Assembly (NCBI GenBank): GCA_037925075.1
Contig: JAXSNR010000001.1
Span: 576,001 to 640,000 of the forward strand
Source: Aquificaceae bacterium
GTDB lineage: Bacteria > Aquificota > Aquificia > Aquificales > Aquificaceae
Direction of reading: 5' to 3'
Length of the DNA: 64,000 bases
The translations under genes and the position numbers were made by a program. This document shows, piece by piece, positions 38,286 to 48,578 of this stretch. Each line of letters opens with the position of its first letter. Positions within the stretch are counted from its first letter, which is position 1. Under the pieces are notes generated by a model. That model was not told where the DNA came from. It was given only the letters and a program-made list of their open reading frames with translations, and made no database searches.

Positions 38286-40537
38286 TGAGCATGACAGAAA
38301 GGCTTTGTGTGGAGATAAGGGGTGCGGTTCAGGGCGTGGGCTTTAGGCCCTTTGTCTACAGGCTTGCTAAGGAGTTGGAGCTTAAGGGCTTTGTGATAAA
38401 CGACACAAGGGGTGTGTACATAGAGGTGGAGGGAGAAAGGAAAAGGCTTGAGGAGTTTTTCGTAAGGCTAAGCATGGAAAAGCCACCACTTGCCCGCATA
38501 CACTCTATAAACTTTAGCTTTTCACAGCCTGTGGGATATTCAGACTTTGAGATAAGGGAAAGCTCAGAGAGGGGACAAAAGGAGGTCTTTGTTCTTCCCG
38601 ACATGGCGACCTGTGAGGACTGCCTTAGGGAGCTCTTTGACCCATCGGACAGAAGATACCTCTATCCCTTTATAAACTGCACCAACTGTGGCCCAAGGTT
38701 CACCATAATAGAGGGCCTGCCCTACGACAGGCCAAACACCACCATGAAAGTCTTCAAGATGTGTAAGGATTGTGAAAGGGAGTACCATGATCCAAGGGAT
38801 AGGCGTTTTCATGCCCAGCCCAACGCATGCCCAGTATGTGGTCCATGGATAAGCCTTTACTCTTCAGATGGTACATTGATTGCGGAAAGGCAAAGTGCAT
38901 TAGAAGTGACGGTAAGGCTTTTAAGGGAAGGAAAGATCCTTGCGGTAAAGGGGTTGGGAGGATTCCATCTTATGTGCGACGCAAGAAGGGAGGAGGTGGT
39001 AGGCCTTTTGAGGGAAAGGAAAAGAAGGAAAGAAAAACCCTTTGCGGTTATGTTCAAAGACTTAGAACAGCTCACAGAGTATGCGGAGGTCTCCCAACTT
39101 GAAAAGGCCCTTCTCCTGCTTCCAGAAAGGCCCATAGTGCTAATCGGCTACAAGGGTGGCCTTGCCCCCTCGGTTGCCCCAAAGCTCAAAAGGTTGGGTG
39201 CCTTCCTTCCATACTCTCCACTGCATCACCTTATACTGAAAGAGCTTGAATTTCCCGTGGTGGCAACTTCTGGAAACCTTTCCGATGAGCCCATAGTGAA
39301 GGATAACCATGAGGCGATGGAAAGGCTTTCAAAACTTGCGGATTACATCCTACTTCACAACAGAGATATAAAAAGAAGGTGCGACGATTCGGTGGTAAAG
39401 GTTATAGGTGGTATGCCAACACCCATAAGGCGTTCAAGAGGCTATGCACCCATGCCGGTGACCCTTCCCTTCAGTCTCAAAAGAAGGGTCCTTGCTGTGG
39501 GTGGTATGCTTAAAAACACCTTTGCCCTTGGCTTTTCTGACAGGGTGATAATTAGCCAGCATGTGGGAGATGTGGAGAACTTAGAAACCCTTAGGTCCTT
39601 TGAGGAGATGGTTTTGGACCTTATGGAGCTTTACCAGTTTGAGCCGGAGGTGGTGGTATGCGACATGCATCCAAGGTACGAGACCGCAAGGTGGGCGGAG
39701 AACTTTTCAAGGGAAAGGAACATACCCATCCATAAGCTTCAGCATCACCATGCCCATGTGCTTTCCTGTATGGCGGAAAACCAGTTGGAGGGAAGGGTGC
39801 TTGGTATAGCTTGGGATGGCACGGGCTATGGAGGGGATGGAAGCCTTTGGGGTGGAGAATTCTTAGAGTGCGGTTATACCTCCTTCAAAAGGCTTTTCCA
39901 CTTTAGAACCTTCAGGCTTATAGGTGGAGAGAGGGCGGTAAAAGAGCCAAGAAGGGTTGCCCTTTCCTTGCTCTTTGAGCTTTTTGGAGAAAAGGCTATG
40001 GAGCTTGAAGTTCCTACCCTTAGAGCCTTTGAGAAGAAGGAGTTAGAAAACCTCTACATAGCATGGGGAAAGGGTATTAACTCACCGCTTACGAGCTCGG
40101 TGGGGAGGCTCTTTGATGGGGTTGCGTCCCTGCTTGGCTTGGCTCAAACCGTATCCTACGAAGGGCAGGCAAGCATGTTCCTTGAGGACCTATACATGCC
40201 AGATGTGGAAGATTCTTATTCCTTTGATATTTCGGAAACTTCTGTGGACTGGCGACCTACAATCTTGGCAATTCTTGAAGAGAAGGACAAGAGGCTTGTT
40301 CCCTCAAGGTTTATAAACACGCTTGCCATGGTTTGCCTTGAGGTGGCCAAAAGGGTTGGCATAGAAAGGGTATGTCTTTCTGGTGGTGTAATGCAAAACG
40401 ACCCAATGGTAAGCAAGATAAAAAGGGTGCTTGAGAGGGAAGGCTTTGAGGTCTATGTGCATCAGAAGGTGCCACCAAACGATGGGGGTCTCAGTCTTGG
40501 TCAGGCGGTGTATGGTGGATTGCTTGAGGAACTATAG
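38282..40537 (+). CDS. hypF: Carbamoyltransferase HypF
   Basis: GAVQGVGFRPF, zinc fingers CTNCGPR and NACPVCGP, QHHHAH, PPNDGG. Confidence 0.95.
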   Translation: MMSMTERLCVEIRGAVQGVGFRPFVYRLAKELELKGFVINDTRGVYIEVEGERKRLEEFFVRLSMEKPPLARIHSINFSFSQPVGYSDFEIRESSERGQKEVFVLPDMATCEDCLRELFDPSDRRYLYPFINCTNCGPRFTIIEGLPYDRPNTTMKVFKMCKDCEREYHDPRDRRFHAQPNACPVCGPWISLYSSDGTLIAERQSALEVTVRLLREGKILAVKGLGGFHLMCDARREEVVGLLRERKRRKEKPFAVMFKDLEQLTEYAEVSQLEKALLLLPERPIVLIGYKGGLAPSVAPKLKRLGAFLPYSPLHHLILKELEFPVVATSGNLSDEPIVKDNHEAMERLSKLADYILLHNRDIKRRCDDSVVKVIGGMPTPIRRSRGYAPMPVTLPFSLKRRVLAVGGMLKNTFALGFSDRVIISQHVGDVENLETLRSFEEMVLDLMELYQFEPEVVVCDMHPRYETARWAENFSRERNIPIHKLQHHHAHVLSCMAENQLEGRVLGIAWDGTGYGGDGSLWGGEFLECGYTSFKRLFHFRTFRLIGGERAVKEPRRVALSLLFELFGEKAMELEVPTLRAFEKKELENLYIAWGKGINSPLTSSVGRLFDGVASLLGLAQTVSYEGQASMFLEDLYMPDVEDSYSFDISETSVDWRPTILAILEEKDKRLVPSRFINTLAMVCLEVAKRVGIERVCLSGGVMQNDPMVSKIKRVLEREGFEVYVHQKVPPNDGGLSLGQAVYGGLLEEL

Positions 40538-40892
40538 CCTTGATTCTCTCTTCAAGGGTCCTTATGGCTTCCTCCACATCCTCCCTTTGAGCCTTTGCAA
40601 GGGATGGAAAGTAGCATACTTCTATGGTCTCCAATATGGGTTTGTTGTCCCTGTCATAAAAGACACCTATCCACACACCGCTTATACCCGTCTCCCTCCA
40701 CTCCACTGGCTGTGTTTTTGAGGACATTCTTATCTTCACCTGTCCATCTCCAAGCACATCAAGGAGCACCTCCCTGTCCTCTTCCGATAGGGGTAGCTTG
40801 TTAACGTATATGATGTGTTCTTCTCCCTTCTCATAAAGGTCCTTCAGAGCCTGAAGTATCTCATAAAGTAAGGCTGGTGCGTTCATAAGCAT
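40491..40892 (-). CDS. hupH: HupH/HyaF-type small-subunit maturation protein
   Basis: MNAPALLYEI, LG-x-GQV, ETGISGVW, TIEV. Confidence 0.8.
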   Translation of the reverse strand: MLMNAPALLYEILQALKDLYEKGEEHIIYVNKLPLSEEDREVLLDVLGDGQVKIRMSSKTQPVEWRETGISGVWIGVFYDRDNKPILETIEVCYFPSLAKAQREDVEEAIRTLEERIKAIVPQAIHHTPPDQD

Positions 40893-41191
40893 GATATGGC
40901 CTCCAAGTACTCATTCCACGCCCTTATGCCCTCAAGGATCCTTACCTCCTTGCCTTTAGAAAACAGTATAAGAGAAGGTAGCCTGTACCTTTTGAGGATT
41001 TCCCTATTTTCATCCGCGTTTATGGAGTAAAACTCCAAATTGGTATAAACCCTTTCAAGCTCTGGCACAACCACATCCATGTCAAAGATCTCCCTTATAG
41101 CATCCCTTTTGATCCGAGACCTTACATAGAGGGCAAAGGTTTTACCAGACTTTAACAGATCCTCAAGCTCTTGCAGGTTCAACTCTTTCAT
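40883..41191 (-). CDS. hupG: HupG/HyaE thioredoxin-like maturation protein
   Basis: D-x-x-VVVPEL, LPSLILF, GIRAW-x-EY; position in the MBH operon. Confidence 0.7.
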   Translation of the reverse strand: MKELNLQELEDLLKSGKTFALYVRSRIKRDAIREIFDMDVVVPELERVYTNLEFYSINADENREILKRYRLPSLILFSKGKEVRILEGIRAWNEYLEAISCL

Positions 41192-41654
41192 AGCTCACGC
41201 CCCACCTTTCTAATTCCCTTAGCACTGCCAAGATAAGTTCATCAAGCCTTGACTTTACAGTATCTGACAGCTCAAGGGATATGTCAAGGCTTTCTGGCTC
41301 CATACCAAGAAGCACTATCTCCTTTGGTGCTTTTCCCAACATCTGGGCAAGGGCAAGCACCTCTTGAATGCCAAGCTCATGGGCTGAAACTTTGTTTCTG
41401 AAGTAAGCCTTTACCTCTTCCCCTTCAAACCTGTAAAAAGAGCCGGGGGAAGAACCCCCCAGCACTGCATCCACCAGCAAAAGCCTTTCAAAGCCCTCCA
41501 TGAAGTAAAGGAGGTCTATGCCCAGAGTTCCTCCGTCCATGAGCTCCACATAATCTGGAAATCGGTAGTTTTCTTGAAGCTCCTGCACAACCCTAACACC
41601 AAGCCCTTCGTCAGAAAGTAGCACATTCCCCACACCAAGCACAAGGATTTTCAC
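41163..41654 (-). CDS. hyaD: Hydrogenase maturation endopeptidase
   Basis: GVGNVLLSDEGLG, DGGT, VDAV, SAHE. Confidence 0.9.
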   Translation of the reverse strand: MKILVLGVGNVLLSDEGLGVRVVQELQENYRFPDYVELMDGGTLGIDLLYFMEGFERLLLVDAVLGGSSPGSFYRFEGEEVKAYFRNKVSAHELGIQEVLALAQMLGKAPKEIVLLGMEPESLDISLELSDTVKSRLDELILAVLRELERWGVSYERVEPARA

Positions 41655-42352
41655 GCCACATCCTCCACATCCACGGGAGTCTCTTTGAAGTTTTTCATGC
41701 CGTTAAACATGGAGGAGACTTCTCCCTCTTTTTCTATGGCGTCAAACCTTATAACAAGATACACGTGAAGTATTACAAAGAAGACTATAAGCCATGCTAT
41801 CCAGTGGTGCCACATATGAACCATAAACTCACCACCAAGAACTGGAACAACCCAGCCGAAGAGCCTTGACCAAAAGCCCTCTGGGTTTGAAAGTCCATAC
41901 ATGGCAAAACCCGTGATTATCATAAAGGCTATGGCTACGTAAAGAAGAAAATAAGCAAGCCTTGCAAGGGGGTTTCTCACATAAGTGCTATGCCATGGCT
42001 TTATAAACAAGTAATGTAAGAGCATATCTGCCACACCTTTCCAAAATTCAGCCCTCCAGACCTTTGGTATAAAAAGCCTATCTCCCTTGTGAAAAAAGGC
42101 AATAAAGAGGCGGAAAAGAAAGGAAAAGAGAAGCACATAGCCTGCGGAGAAGTGTATGAGCCTTATGAAGTCCATGGTAAGGTTGTGAGCGTAAGCGTAG
42201 GTAGCCTCATGACCCGTGGAGCCTATAAAAAAGGGATTTCCTATGTATAACCCTGTAAGGAAAAGGGTAGTGATGGAGAGAAAGTTTATCCAATGCCACA
42301 CCCTTAGAGATGGGCTAAAAAGGTATATCCTCTTTACCGTTTCCTCTCTCAT
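41651..42352 (-). CDS. hyaC: [NiFe]-hydrogenase cytochrome b subunit
   Basis: RVWHW, IHF, NPLA, HHW...LHVY; ATG 42352 overlaps the large-subunit stop (ATGA). Confidence 0.9.
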   Translation of the reverse strand: MREETVKRIYLFSPSLRVWHWINFLSITTLFLTGLYIGNPFFIGSTGHEATYAYAHNLTMDFIRLIHFSAGYVLLFSFLFRLFIAFFHKGDRLFIPKVWRAEFWKGVADMLLHYLFIKPWHSTYVRNPLARLAYFLLYVAIAFMIITGFAMYGLSNPEGFWSRLFGWVVPVLGGEFMVHMWHHWIAWLIVFFVILHVYLVIRFDAIEKEGEVSSMFNGMKNFKETPVDVEDVA

Positions 42353-44268
42353 GGCTTTCCTCCTAGATAACATACGGGCTGTGAGCCCTGCACTCTTACT
42401 TCTAAAATTTCCTTGCCCTCCGTATCGTAGAGGTGGGTTGAGCAGGCAAGGCATGGGTCAAAGGAATGTATGCCTCTGAGAACTTCAAGGGGCTTGTTAA
42501 CCACCTTTAGGGGTGTATCCTTCATACACTCTTCAAAGGCACCCTGACCACCCATCGGATCTCTTGCTCCTCCGTTCCATGTGGTTGGAACCACGCATTG
42601 ATAGTTGGCTATCTTTCCATCCCTTATTATTACCCAGTGCCCAAGGGCACCCCTTGGAGCCTCTGTAAGACCTACACCTTTAGCATCTTTGGGCCATGTG
42701 GAGGGATCCCACCTTTCCATGTTTGCCACGGAAGTGTCCCCCGCCTTTATGTTGTCGTAGAGTTTTTTCATAAAGTAGAGGTTTGCCGCCGCGCCTACTT
42801 GTGCCTCCAAGCCCCTTGCGGCCGTCCTTCCAACGGTTGTAGGAAGCCACACGTGGGGAGGAAGTTCAAGCACCTTTGACACAAGGTCTACCTGCCTTAC
42901 TATCATCTCATCCATCCAGCTGGGCTTTATGTGTCCCTGCTTTACACCCGTATAGACCAATATGTACCTTGCAAGAGGTCCTACCTCACAGGGCTTGCCC
43001 CTCCACCTTGGAGACTTAATCCAAGAGTATTTACCCTTCTCGTCAAGGTACTTCCAATGAGTCTTTGTTCCCTCCTTTGGACCCGTATAGCTGGGCTCTG
43101 TTATGCCTTCCCAAGGGTGTAGCCCCTTCTTTTCATCGGGATACTTGTACCATGAATGGGCTACATACTCCTGAATTACCTCTGGGTCTGCAAAGTCCTT
43201 GCCAACAAGGGGATAGTACTTAGCCTTATCCACACCCTCCGCAAAATCTTCCACCACGCCATTGGAGTGGTAAAGCACCTGCTTATGATAATCTCCGTTC
43301 TTTATTCCACTGTAGGGCTCGTCGGGAAACTCTCCATAGCCAATGACCCTTTTCTTGGCAAGGCCCCCACCGTAGGTTTGACCCTTTTGAACATAGATAT
43401 GCCCTATGGCCAAAAGGTCCACAAGGTAAAAGAGGTTTACCGCCTCCGCCTGGGTGTATATGGCGTCTTCCACCACCGCAAGCCTTTCCGCGTTTATGGG
43501 TGCGTTCATGTCATCAAGGGATATAGAGCACATCATACCACCCACAATGTAGTGGGGATGGGGGTTCTTACCACCAAAGACCACCTGAGGTATAAACAAT
43601 TCCCTTTGAACATCCAGCATATTCAGGTAATGGGCTACAGCCATAAGGTGTACCTCTGGGGGTAAAAGCTTGTAATCGGGATGGTCCCACCAATGGGCTG
43701 CAAAGATGCCAAGCTGACCGCTTTCCACAATCTTCTTTATCTTCTCCTGAAAGGCTCTAAAGTAGCCCGGTGTTGCCTTGGGAAACTTTCTTGGATAGGC
43801 TCTTCTTCCAAGAGGGTCTGGCATTAGCTCCGCAATGGCACCGTACTTTTCAAGGAGCTGGTTTTGGAGCACCGCAGTCTGCACCGGGTCAGCCTTTAGG
43901 GCTTCTACGGGAGATACCCAGTCAAGGGCATGAAGATGGTAAAAATGAACCACGTGGTCATGCACTTGGAGCGAACCATACATGATGTTCCTTATGTAGT
44001 TGGCATTTTTTGGTATCTTTATCTCAAGGGCGTCCTCTACCACTCTAACCGAGGCAAGGGCATGTATGGAGGTGCAAACTCCGCATATTCTTTGGGTAAA
44101 AGCCCATGCATCCCTTGGGTCTCTACCCCTTAGAATTAGCTCAATACCTCTCCACATGGTACCACAGGAAACCGCATCCACCACCTTACCGGACTTCTCA
44201 TCCACTATGAGCTCAATCCTCAAATGCCCTTCAATCCTTGTAACTGGGTCAACCACAACCCTAGTCAT
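42349..44268 (-). CDS. hyaB: Membrane-bound [NiFe]-hydrogenase large subunit (group 1d)
   Basis: [34 protein letters not shown] followed by a cleavable extension. Confidence 0.95.
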   Translation of the reverse strand: MTRVVVDPVTRIEGHLRIELIVDEKSGKVVDAVSCGTMWRGIELILRGRDPRDAWAFTQRICGVCTSIHALASVRVVEDALEIKIPKNANYIRNIMYGSLQVHDHVVHFYHLHALDWVSPVEALKADPVQTAVLQNQLLEKYGAIAELMPDPLGRRAYPRKFPKATPGYFRAFQEKIKKIVESGQLGIFAAHWWDHPDYKLLPPEVHLMAVAHYLNMLDVQRELFIPQVVFGGKNPHPHYIVGGMMCSISLDDMNAPINAERLAVVEDAIYTQAEAVNLFYLVDLLAIGHIYVQKGQTYGGGLAKKRVIGYGEFPDEPYSGIKNGDYHKQVLYHSNGVVEDFAEGVDKAKYYPLVGKDFADPEVIQEYVAHSWYKYPDEKKGLHPWEGITEPSYTGPKEGTKTHWKYLDEKGKYSWIKSPRWRGKPCEVGPLARYILVYTGVKQGHIKPSWMDEMIVRQVDLVSKVLELPPHVWLPTTVGRTAARGLEAQVGAAANLYFMKKLYDNIKAGDTSVANMERWDPSTWPKDAKGVGLTEAPRGALGHWVIIRDGKIANYQCVVPTTWNGGARDPMGGQGAFEECMKDTPLKVVNKPLEVLRGIHSFDPCLACSTHLYDTEGKEILEVRVQGSQPVCYLGGKP

Positions 44269-45338
44269 GACTGTTCACCTCCTTTATTGTTAGGTTTTGA
44301 CCTAAGCTTTGATATAAGACCATGGGCTAAGGCACCGGCTCCTGCGGCAACCGCGACCGCCACGCCCACCTTGTCCGCATTTGCCTCCACACTGGGAACT
44401 GGTATGGTGGTGAGCCTTTGGTAGAAGGGTCCCTTGTCCCAGAAGTCCTCTTCGGAACAGCCTATGCATCCATGCCCAGCCTGTATGGGATAAGAAAGCC
44501 CGTTATACCAACGTATGTTTCCACAGGAGTTATAGGTGGTTGGACCTCTGCAACCTACTTTATATAAGCACCAGCCCTTCTTTGCACCCTCATCGTCAAA
44601 CCTCTCCACAAACTGCCCCGCGTTGAAAAAGGCCCTCCTGTAGCATGTGTCGTGGATCCTGTTGCCATAAAACTGCTTTGGCCTTCCTTGAGAGTCTAAG
44701 GGTGGTATGCTATCAAACAGGACAAGATGCATGATAACACCCGTCATGACCTCCGCTATGGGTGGACAGCCAGGGACTTTTATGATGGGCTTGTCCTTTA
44801 TAACCTTATCTATAGAAACCGCGGTGGTTGGGTTTGGCTTTGCCGCTTGCACACATCCCCAGCTGGCACAGGAGCCCCAAGCTATAACCGCCTTTGCACC
44901 CTCCGCAGATTCCTTAAGGTGCTTTAGGAAAGGCTCACCGTTAACTATACAGTACATGCCATCTTCACCAAGGGGTGGGTTTCCTTCCACGGCTAAGATG
45001 TAATTGCCCCAGTATTTTTTGATTATCTCCTGCCTGTGCCTTTCCAAGTCATCTCCTGCGGCGGCTGAAAGGGTATCATCGTATTCAAGGGAGATCATAC
45101 TGAGAACCACATCGGAAGCCAGAGGAGTTGCAGACCTTATAAAGGACTCGGAACAGCATGTGCACTCAAGCCCGTGTATCCAGATAACGGGAACCCTCGG
45201 CTTTGTCTCCAAGGCTCTTACCACCTGTGGGATCATGGAGGGAGAAAGACCCATAAGCCCAGTTATGGTGGTGGCAAACTTCAAAAAGTCCCTCCTGTTT
45301 ACACCATGCCGTTTAAAGGTCTCCCAGAAGGTTTCCAT
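44265..45338 (-). CDS. hyaA: Membrane-bound O2-tolerant [NiFe]-hydrogenase small subunit
   Basis: Tat [14 protein letters not shown] and CASWGCVQ (supernumerary Cys), C-terminal TM anchor. Confidence 0.95.
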   Translation of the reverse strand: METFWETFKRHGVNRRDFLKFATTITGLMGLSPSMIPQVVRALETKPRVPVIWIHGLECTCCSESFIRSATPLASDVVLSMISLEYDDTLSAAAGDDLERHRQEIIKKYWGNYILAVEGNPPLGEDGMYCIVNGEPFLKHLKESAEGAKAVIAWGSCASWGCVQAAKPNPTTAVSIDKVIKDKPIIKVPGCPPIAEVMTGVIMHLVLFDSIPPLDSQGRPKQFYGNRIHDTCYRRAFFNAGQFVERFDDEGAKKGWCLYKVGCRGPTTYNSCGNIRWYNGLSYPIQAGHGCIGCSEEDFWDKGPFYQRLTTIPVPSVEANADKVGVAVAVAAGAGALAHGLISKLRSKPNNKGGEQS

Positions 45339-45353
45339 GTCTTACCTCCTAAC

Positions 45354-45398
45354 TGAATATTCATTCAATATGATATTTCTTAGAGGTTTGTATGTCAA
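45354..45398 (-). promoter_or_regulatory. hyaA promoter with TGAAT-N4-ATTCA palindrome (45354-45367)
   Basis: TTGACA (45398-45393)-17-TATCAT; the palindrome sits over the expected transcription start. Confidence 0.8.
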
Positions 45399-45437
45399 GG
45401 AATAAGTTTTTATAGGTGTTATAAGGAGAATTTATAC

Positions 45438-45464
45438 TTATTATCTTTTCACAAAAAGTATTAC
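45438..45464. promoter_or_regulatory. Candidate degenerate NikR site
   Basis: Minus strand GTAATAC-N13-ATAATAA resembles the GTATTAC-N13-GTAATAT site at 53615-53641. Confidence 0.45.
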
Positions 45465-45477
45465 TCCTTGAAGGAGG

Positions 45478-45528
45478 TTGACACATTCACGCGGAGGGAT
45501 ATAATTAATTTCAATGAATAATCATTCA
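45478..45528 (+). promoter_or_regulatory. hypC promoter with TGAAT-AATC-ATTCA palindrome (45515-45528)
   Basis: TTGACA-16-TATAAT, then the palindrome abutting the GGAG RBS. Confidence 0.8.
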
Positions 45529-45538
45529 GGAGATTGTC

Positions 45539-45766
45539 ATGTGTCTGTCTGTCCCCTCAAAGGTCGTTGAGATTAGGCAGGACAATACCGCGGTGGTTGA
45601 AGCCTTTGGAGCCAAAAGGGTGGTATCCCTTGATTTGCTTGAAGAAGAGGTTTTTGTAGGTGATTGGGTTTTGGTCCATGTGGGCTTTGCCCTTCAAAAG
45701 ATCGATGAAGATTACGCCCTGGAAAGCCTAAAGCTCTTTGAAGAAATACTACAAGAGGAAATATGA
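45539..45766 (+). CDS. hypC: Hydrogenase chaperone HypC
   Basis: MCLSVP, GDWVLVHVGFA. Confidence 0.95.
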   Translation: MCLSVPSKVVEIRQDNTAVVEAFGAKRVVSLDLLEEEVFVGDWVLVHVGFALQKIDEDYALESLKLFEEILQEEI

Positions 45767-46884
45767 ACCTTACAGAAGTATACAGAAACTCTGAGGCTAT
45801 AAGAAGGCTTGAGCTTGTCATAAAATCCTTGGTGGAAAAAATAGGTAGGGAATTAAGAATTATGGAATTCTGCGGTGGACATACCCATGCCATTGTAAAG
45901 CATGGTATAGATCAGCTTCTTGAGGGCTATGTGCGGTTTGTTCATGGTCCTGGTTGTCCCGTTTGCGTTTTGCCCATGGGAAGGGTAGACCTTGCCCTTG
46001 AATTGGTAAGGAGGGAGGAAATAATACTTTGCACCTATGGGGATGTGCTTAGGGTTCCGGGTTCCCAACGGAAAAGCCTCCTTGACCTGAGGGCTGAAGG
46101 AAAGGATGTAAGGATGGTTTATTCGTGCCTTGATGTTCTCAGGATAGCCCAAGAAAATCCCACAAAGGAGGTGGTTTTCTTTGCCATAGGCTTTGAAACA
46201 ACCACACCACAGACCGCATTGCTAATAAAGAAGGCCAAAGAGCTTGGCTTAAAAAATATTTCTGTGGTCTCAAACCATGTTATAACACCCGCCGCCATAC
46301 AGCATATACTCAACGCACCGGAAATTAGAGAGTACGGAAGGGTAGATATAGACGCCTTTATAGGACCAGGGCATGTGAGCGTCATAATAGGTACAAAGCC
46401 CTACGAATACTTTGCGGAGGAGTTTTTAAAGCCTGTTGTTATATCTGGGTTTGAGCCTTTGGATGTGATGCAAGCCGTGTATATGATAGTTAAGCAGGTC
46501 AGAGAAAAGAGGGCAAGGGTTGAAAACCAATACGCAAGGGTTGTAAGCAGAGAAGGGAACATAAAGGCTCAAAGGCTCGTGGCGGAAGTGTTTGAACTCA
46601 GGAAGGAGTTTGAATGGCGTGGTCTTGGAGTAGTCCCTTACAGCTCTTTGAAGATAAACTCAGAATTTTCGGACTTCGACGCGGAAAGAAGATTTTCCCT
46701 TAGCCTTCCACAGTCAAAGGAGCATCCCGCATGCATATGTGGTAAGGTGATAAGAGGCGTTGCAGAGCCAATGGAGTGTAAGCTCTTTGGAAATGTTTGC
46801 ACACCCTCAAACCCCATAGGCTCCTGCATGGTTTCCTCCGAAGGAGCTTGTAATGCCTATTACAGATACAGGTGGCACGGATGA
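45763..46884 (+). CDS. hypD: Hydrogenase maturation protein HypD
   Basis: CGGHTH, GPGCPVC, GFETT, PGHVS, CMVSSEGAC. Confidence 0.95.
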   Translation: MNLTEVYRNSEAIRRLELVIKSLVEKIGRELRIMEFCGGHTHAIVKHGIDQLLEGYVRFVHGPGCPVCVLPMGRVDLALELVRREEIILCTYGDVLRVPGSQRKSLLDLRAEGKDVRMVYSCLDVLRIAQENPTKEVVFFAIGFETTTPQTALLIKKAKELGLKNISVVSNHVITPAAIQHILNAPEIREYGRVDIDAFIGPGHVSVIIGTKPYEYFAEEFLKPVVISGFEPLDVMQAVYMIVKQVREKRARVENQYARVVSREGNIKAQRLVAEVFELRKEFEWRGLGVVPYSSLKINSEFSDFDAERRFSLSLPQSKEHPACICGKVIRGVAEPMECKLFGNVCTPSNPIGSCMVSSEGACNAYYRYRWHG

Positions 46885-48578
46885 GGGTACTTATTTTTTG
46901 CCACAGGTTCAACTCCCTTTCTCAAAGGTTTTACTGTGAGCTTTCTGAGGCAGGGCATGAGGTTTCCGTAGAGCTTGATGTACATCCAGAGCTGATGATT
47001 GAGGCGGTTGAGCTTTACAAGCCTGACCTTGTGATAGCACCCTTTTTGAAAAGGAAGATACCAAGGGAAGTATGGGAAAGGTACACCACCCTTATAGTCC
47101 ATCCGGGACCTCCGGGAGACAGGGGTCCCAATGCTTTAGATTGGGCTATTCTAAAGGGAGAAAAGGAATGGGGTGTGTGTATTCTTTCTGCGGTTGAAGA
47201 GTACGACGCGGGGGATGTATGGGCTTATAGGACCTTTCCTATGAGAATAGCAAAAAAGTCAAGCATATACAGAAGAGAGGTCACGGAAGGGGCGGTTGAA
47301 GGCCTGTGGGAGGTAGTAGAAGGCCTTGAGAGTGGAAAGGTAAAGACAAGGCCACAGGAGGGTGGGCAGTTCAGACCTGCGGTGGAAAAAAGCCTAAGGA
47401 GGATAGATTGGGAAAGGGACAGAACAGAAGAGGTATTGAGGAAGATATACTCGGGGGATGGCCAGCCCGGTGCCACAGCCCTTATAGAAGGTGAGGAGTA
47501 CTACCTTTTTGACACATACCCTGAGGGTGTTCTTAGAGGAGAGGCTGGCAAGCTAATAGCAAGAAGGGATGAAGCTGTTTGTATTGGCACCCTTGATGGA
47601 GCTGTGTGGGTAAGCTATATGAGAAGGAGAGAAAGGCATGCTATAAAGCTTCCTGCACTTAGGTGCCTTCCCCAAAGCTTGGTGGAAGGGCTAAGGGAAG
47701 AAGAGATAAAGCCTTGGGAAAAGGTGGATTTTCCCACTTACAGGGAGATAGTTTATACGGAAGAAGAAGGAATAGCATACATAGAGTTTAACTTCTACAA
47801 CGGGGCCATGTCCACAGAACAGTGCAAAAGGCTTTTGGAGGTCATAAGGTATGCAAAGGGAAGACCAATAAAAGCTATAGTTCTTCTTGGTGGTGAGGAC
47901 TTTTTCTCCAATGGCATGAACCTTAACACCATAGAGGCTTCCGAAAGCCCTGCGGATGAATCGTGGAGAAACATAAACGCCATGGATGACCTCTGTGAAG
48001 AGATACTCACAACCCTTGATAAGCTCACTGTAGCTGGTATAAGGGGAAACGCTGGAGCTGGCGGTGTTTTCCTTGCCCTCACATGCGACCTTGTTTTTGC
48101 AAGGAAAGGGGTTGTGTTAAACCCTCACTATAAAAACATAGGAAACCTATACGGCTCTGAGTTTTGGACTTACACACTTCCCAAAAGGGTTGGCTGGGAA
48201 AAGGGAAGGCAAGTGATGGAAAACAGAATGCCCATAAGCTCTGAAAAAGCCATGAAAATCGGGCTTATTGACCATGTGTTTGGCAGGACTCCGGAGGAGT
48301 TTACCCATAAGCTAAAGGAGTACCTTAGGGATTTTGTAAGCTCAAAGGGTTTTGATGAGTTTTTAAAAAGGAAAAGGGATGAAAGACTAAGAGAATGGAA
48401 GGAAAAGCCACTTAGAGCATACAGGGAAGAAGAGCTTGAGATGATGAGGCTTAACTTCTACGGCTTTGACACCAGCTATCACATAGCTAGGTATTACTTT
48501 GTTAAAAGGTTCCTTCCCTTTAGGACACCACCCTACCTTGCACTGCATAGAAGACTAAGCTTTCAGAGCCCTCCATAG
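46881..48578 (+). CDS. hypX: HypX/HoxX aerobic CO-ligand synthesis protein
   Basis: FNSLSQR, HPGPPGDRG formyltransferase-like domain, FYNGAMS and YGSEFWTY crotonase-like domain. Confidence 0.9.
   Translation: MRVLIFCHRFNSLSQRFYCELSEAGHEVSVELDVHPELMIEAVELYKPDLVIAPFLKRKIPREVWERYTTLIVHPGPPGDRGPNALDWAILKGEKEWGVCILSAVEEYDAGDVWAYRTFPMRIAKKSSIYRREVTEGAVEGLWEVVEGLESGKVKTRPQEGGQFRPAVEKSLRRIDWERDRTEEVLRKIYSGDGQPGATALIEGEEYYLFDTYPEGVLRGEAGKLIARRDEAVCIGTLDGAVWVSYMRRRERHAIKLPALRCLPQSLVEGLREEEIKPWEKVDFPTYREIVYTEEEGIAYIEFNFYNGAMSTEQCKRLLEVIRYAKGRPIKAIVLLGGEDFFSNGMNLNTIEASESPADESWRNINAMDDLCEEILTTLDKLTVAGIRGNAGAGGVFLALTCDLVFARKGVVLNPHYKNIGNLYGSEFWTYTLPKRVGWEKGRQVMENRMPISSEKAMKIGLIDHVFGRTPEEFTHKLKEYLRDFVSSKGFDEFLKRKRDERLREWKEKPLRAYREEELEMMRLNFYGFDTSYHIARYYFVKRFLPFRTPPYLALHRRLSFQSPP

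Noticed and set aside
35623..44268. Selenocysteine-containing (NiFeSe) hydrogenase
   Set aside because: Both L2 motifs use ordinary Cys codons with no in-frame TGA.
45464..45476. CTCCTT-G-AAGGAG inverted repeat upstream of the hypC -35 box
   Set aside because: Single short occurrence, 1-nt loop and no U-tract; cannot be distinguished from chance.
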